From a virus (Duplodnaviria; Caudoviricetes), in IMG/VR virus record IMGVR_UViG_3300038379_000598, positions 1 through 25,585 of that record: 25,585 nt of DNA. One strand, written 5' to 3'. Each line of letters begins with the position of its first letter. Position 1 is the first letter of the stretch. The notes below the pieces were generated by a model. That model was not told the DNA's origin. It ran no database searches and saw only the letters and a list, made by a program, of their open reading frames with translations. The position numbers were made by a program, and so were the translations under genes. This document shows positions 24,626-25,585 of this stretch, piece by piece.

Positions 24626-24674
24626 GCCAGGACAGGAATCCTCCCCGCGTTCTTGACAACGGCAGATGCAAGAC

Positions 24675-24703
24675 TTGATTTTTTCTTGTTTTTTGTATAC
24701 AAT
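24675..24703 (+). promoter_or_regulatory. Sigma70-type promoter for the 24779 gene
   Basis: TTGATT (24675-24680), a 17-nt spacer, then TACAAT (24698-24703). Confidence 0.6.
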
Positions 24704-24778
24704 TACTGTGGATGGGAAAAGTTTTTCAGTTGCCGCTATCGCGGCACGGCTTTTCCCAGCCAACATGGGAGAAAGAAA

Positions 24779-25015
24779 ATGGCCGCTAACAAGACCGTGT
24801 GCCCAGTGACCCGCAACCAATTCCTGTTGACCGCCAAGCCACTGATCCTGAAAATCGGAGACAAGGAATTCGTCGCCTTGGCCAAGGAATTTTCCACGGG
24901 ATCACTCGGCTGGAATCTGAACGAAAAGATGGTGATTATGATCGACGGAGTGCCGACAAAGGTCCAGATCGGCATCAATCTCACCGTCGTAGGAAGCAAA
25001 GAGCTGCCCAAGTAG
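24779..25015 (+). CDS. Small beta-rich hypothetical protein (78 aa), KEFSTGSLGW family
   Basis: ATG 24779 follows GGAGAAAG. Sequence MAANKTVCPVTRNQFLLTAKPL...KEFSTGSLGWNLNEK...KVQIGINLTVVGSKELPK. It is a paralog of 25219..25569. Confidence 0.8.
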   Translation: MAANKTVCPVTRNQFLLTAKPLILKIGDKEFVALAKEFSTGSLGWNLNEKMVIMIDGVPTKVQIGINLTVVGSKELPK

Positions 25016-25027
25016 AGCCATGCGGCC

Positions 25028-25069
25028 GGGGGCGGGAGCGTGCGCTTGGTGCGCCGCCCCGCCCCTTTT
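25028..25069 (+). terminator. GC-rich stem-loop with short T-tract
   Basis: GGGGCGGG...CCCGCCCC-TTTT just after the stop at 25015. Confidence 0.55.
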
Positions 25070-25095
25070 CCATTTCCACACACAGGAGTAAGGCT

Positions 25096-25308
25096 ATGGA
25101 AAAGAAAATCGTAGAAAAAATGAGAAAGAGCCAATTTCTCAACTTAGCATTCAAGCCAGGCAGGCCATTGGCAACGCCCATTGCCAAGCCTACCAAGGAA
25201 GCGCGGATCGTCGCCTGGCTAGTCCGGGGGAAGCAACTTGGAGTTGATGATGGTGATGTTCAGCCCCACTTGCACCTTGACGGCAACGTGGCCGATCATC
25301 ACCAGTGA
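25096..25308 (+). CDS. Possible small ORF or gene remnant (70 aa)
   Basis: AGGAG precedes ATG 25096, but the 3' 90 nt overlap the convergent gene antisense. Confidence 0.3.
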   Translation: MEKKIVEKMRKSQFLNLAFKPGRPLATPIAKPTKEARIVAWLVRGKQLGVDDGDVQPHLHLDGNVADHHQ

Positions 25309-25569
25309 CTTGCAGCTCATTCCCCAACCTAGACTGCCGCTCTTAGTTTGCTTCGGCATGGCTAGGAGCGGTACGCCTTCCACCTTCACCACCAAGGGCT
25401 GGGCTTGTGCCATAAAGTAGCTGCGCGTCACCGGACATGCTGTTTTACTAGGGAAGCTACCGCGACCCCTGCCTGGCGTCCCAAGCGGCACGGGCAAGGG
25501 CAGGCTCGACGACGGCAGGGCAGACGACGGCAGAGGCTCCATTTGCCTGCCCTCTTGCTCGTCTGCCAT
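25219..25569 (-). CDS. Paralog of the 24779 gene with a Pro/Ser-rich N-terminal extension (116 aa)
   Basis: KTACPVTRSYFMAQAQPL...KQTKSGSLGWG...KVQVGLNITIINSKLLP aligns without gaps to the 78-aa protein. GGAGG lies upstream of the start. Confidence 0.75.
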   Translation of the reverse strand: MADEQEGRQMEPLPSSALPSSSLPLPVPLGTPGRGRGSFPSKTACPVTRSYFMAQAQPLVVKVEGVPLLAMPKQTKSGSLGWGMSCKSLVMIGHVAVKVQVGLNITIINSKLLPPD

Positions 25570-25585
25570 TTCGGGAGCCTCCGGC

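Noticed and set aside
24653-24658. Perfect TTGACA -35 box, and the track's TTG start at 24653
   Set aside because: There is no good -10 at 16-18 nt. The TTGATT/TACAAT pair and the SD-led ATG at 24779 fit better.

Overview
This window is part of a tailed dsDNA (pro)phage. A Planctomycetota-like host is my inference from protein-family resemblance, not a search result. Positions 1-21877 form one long, tightly coupled minus-strand late operon with an unusual order. It runs scaffold, major capsid, probable capsid decoration protein, GT-A glycosyltransferase, holin-like protein and Zn-finger ORFs. Next comes a cassette of exported or membrane proteins around a papain-like (C1) cysteine protease, then TerS, TerL, portal and an FkbM-family methyltransferase. 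It ends with a PKD/G8/beta-helix protein, a repeat-rich fibre-like protein, a LamG protein, small structural proteins and a truncated head-tail adaptor-like gene. A ~900-bp AT-rich divergent intergenic region (~21880-22790) holds at least six inverted repeats, including a perfect 37-bp-arm hairpin. It also carries repeated TGTACA and TTGTCGCA motifs and is bracketed by a 12-bp inverted repeat. To its right are a plus-strand gene with an AKEE tandem repeat and a terminator, a ~600-bp internally deleted IS with intact ends and a 7-bp target duplication, and two convergent paralogous small genes. No rRNA, tRNA, CRISPR array, integrase or reverse transcriptase is visible. All product calls come from motif recognition and gene context; no database search was run.
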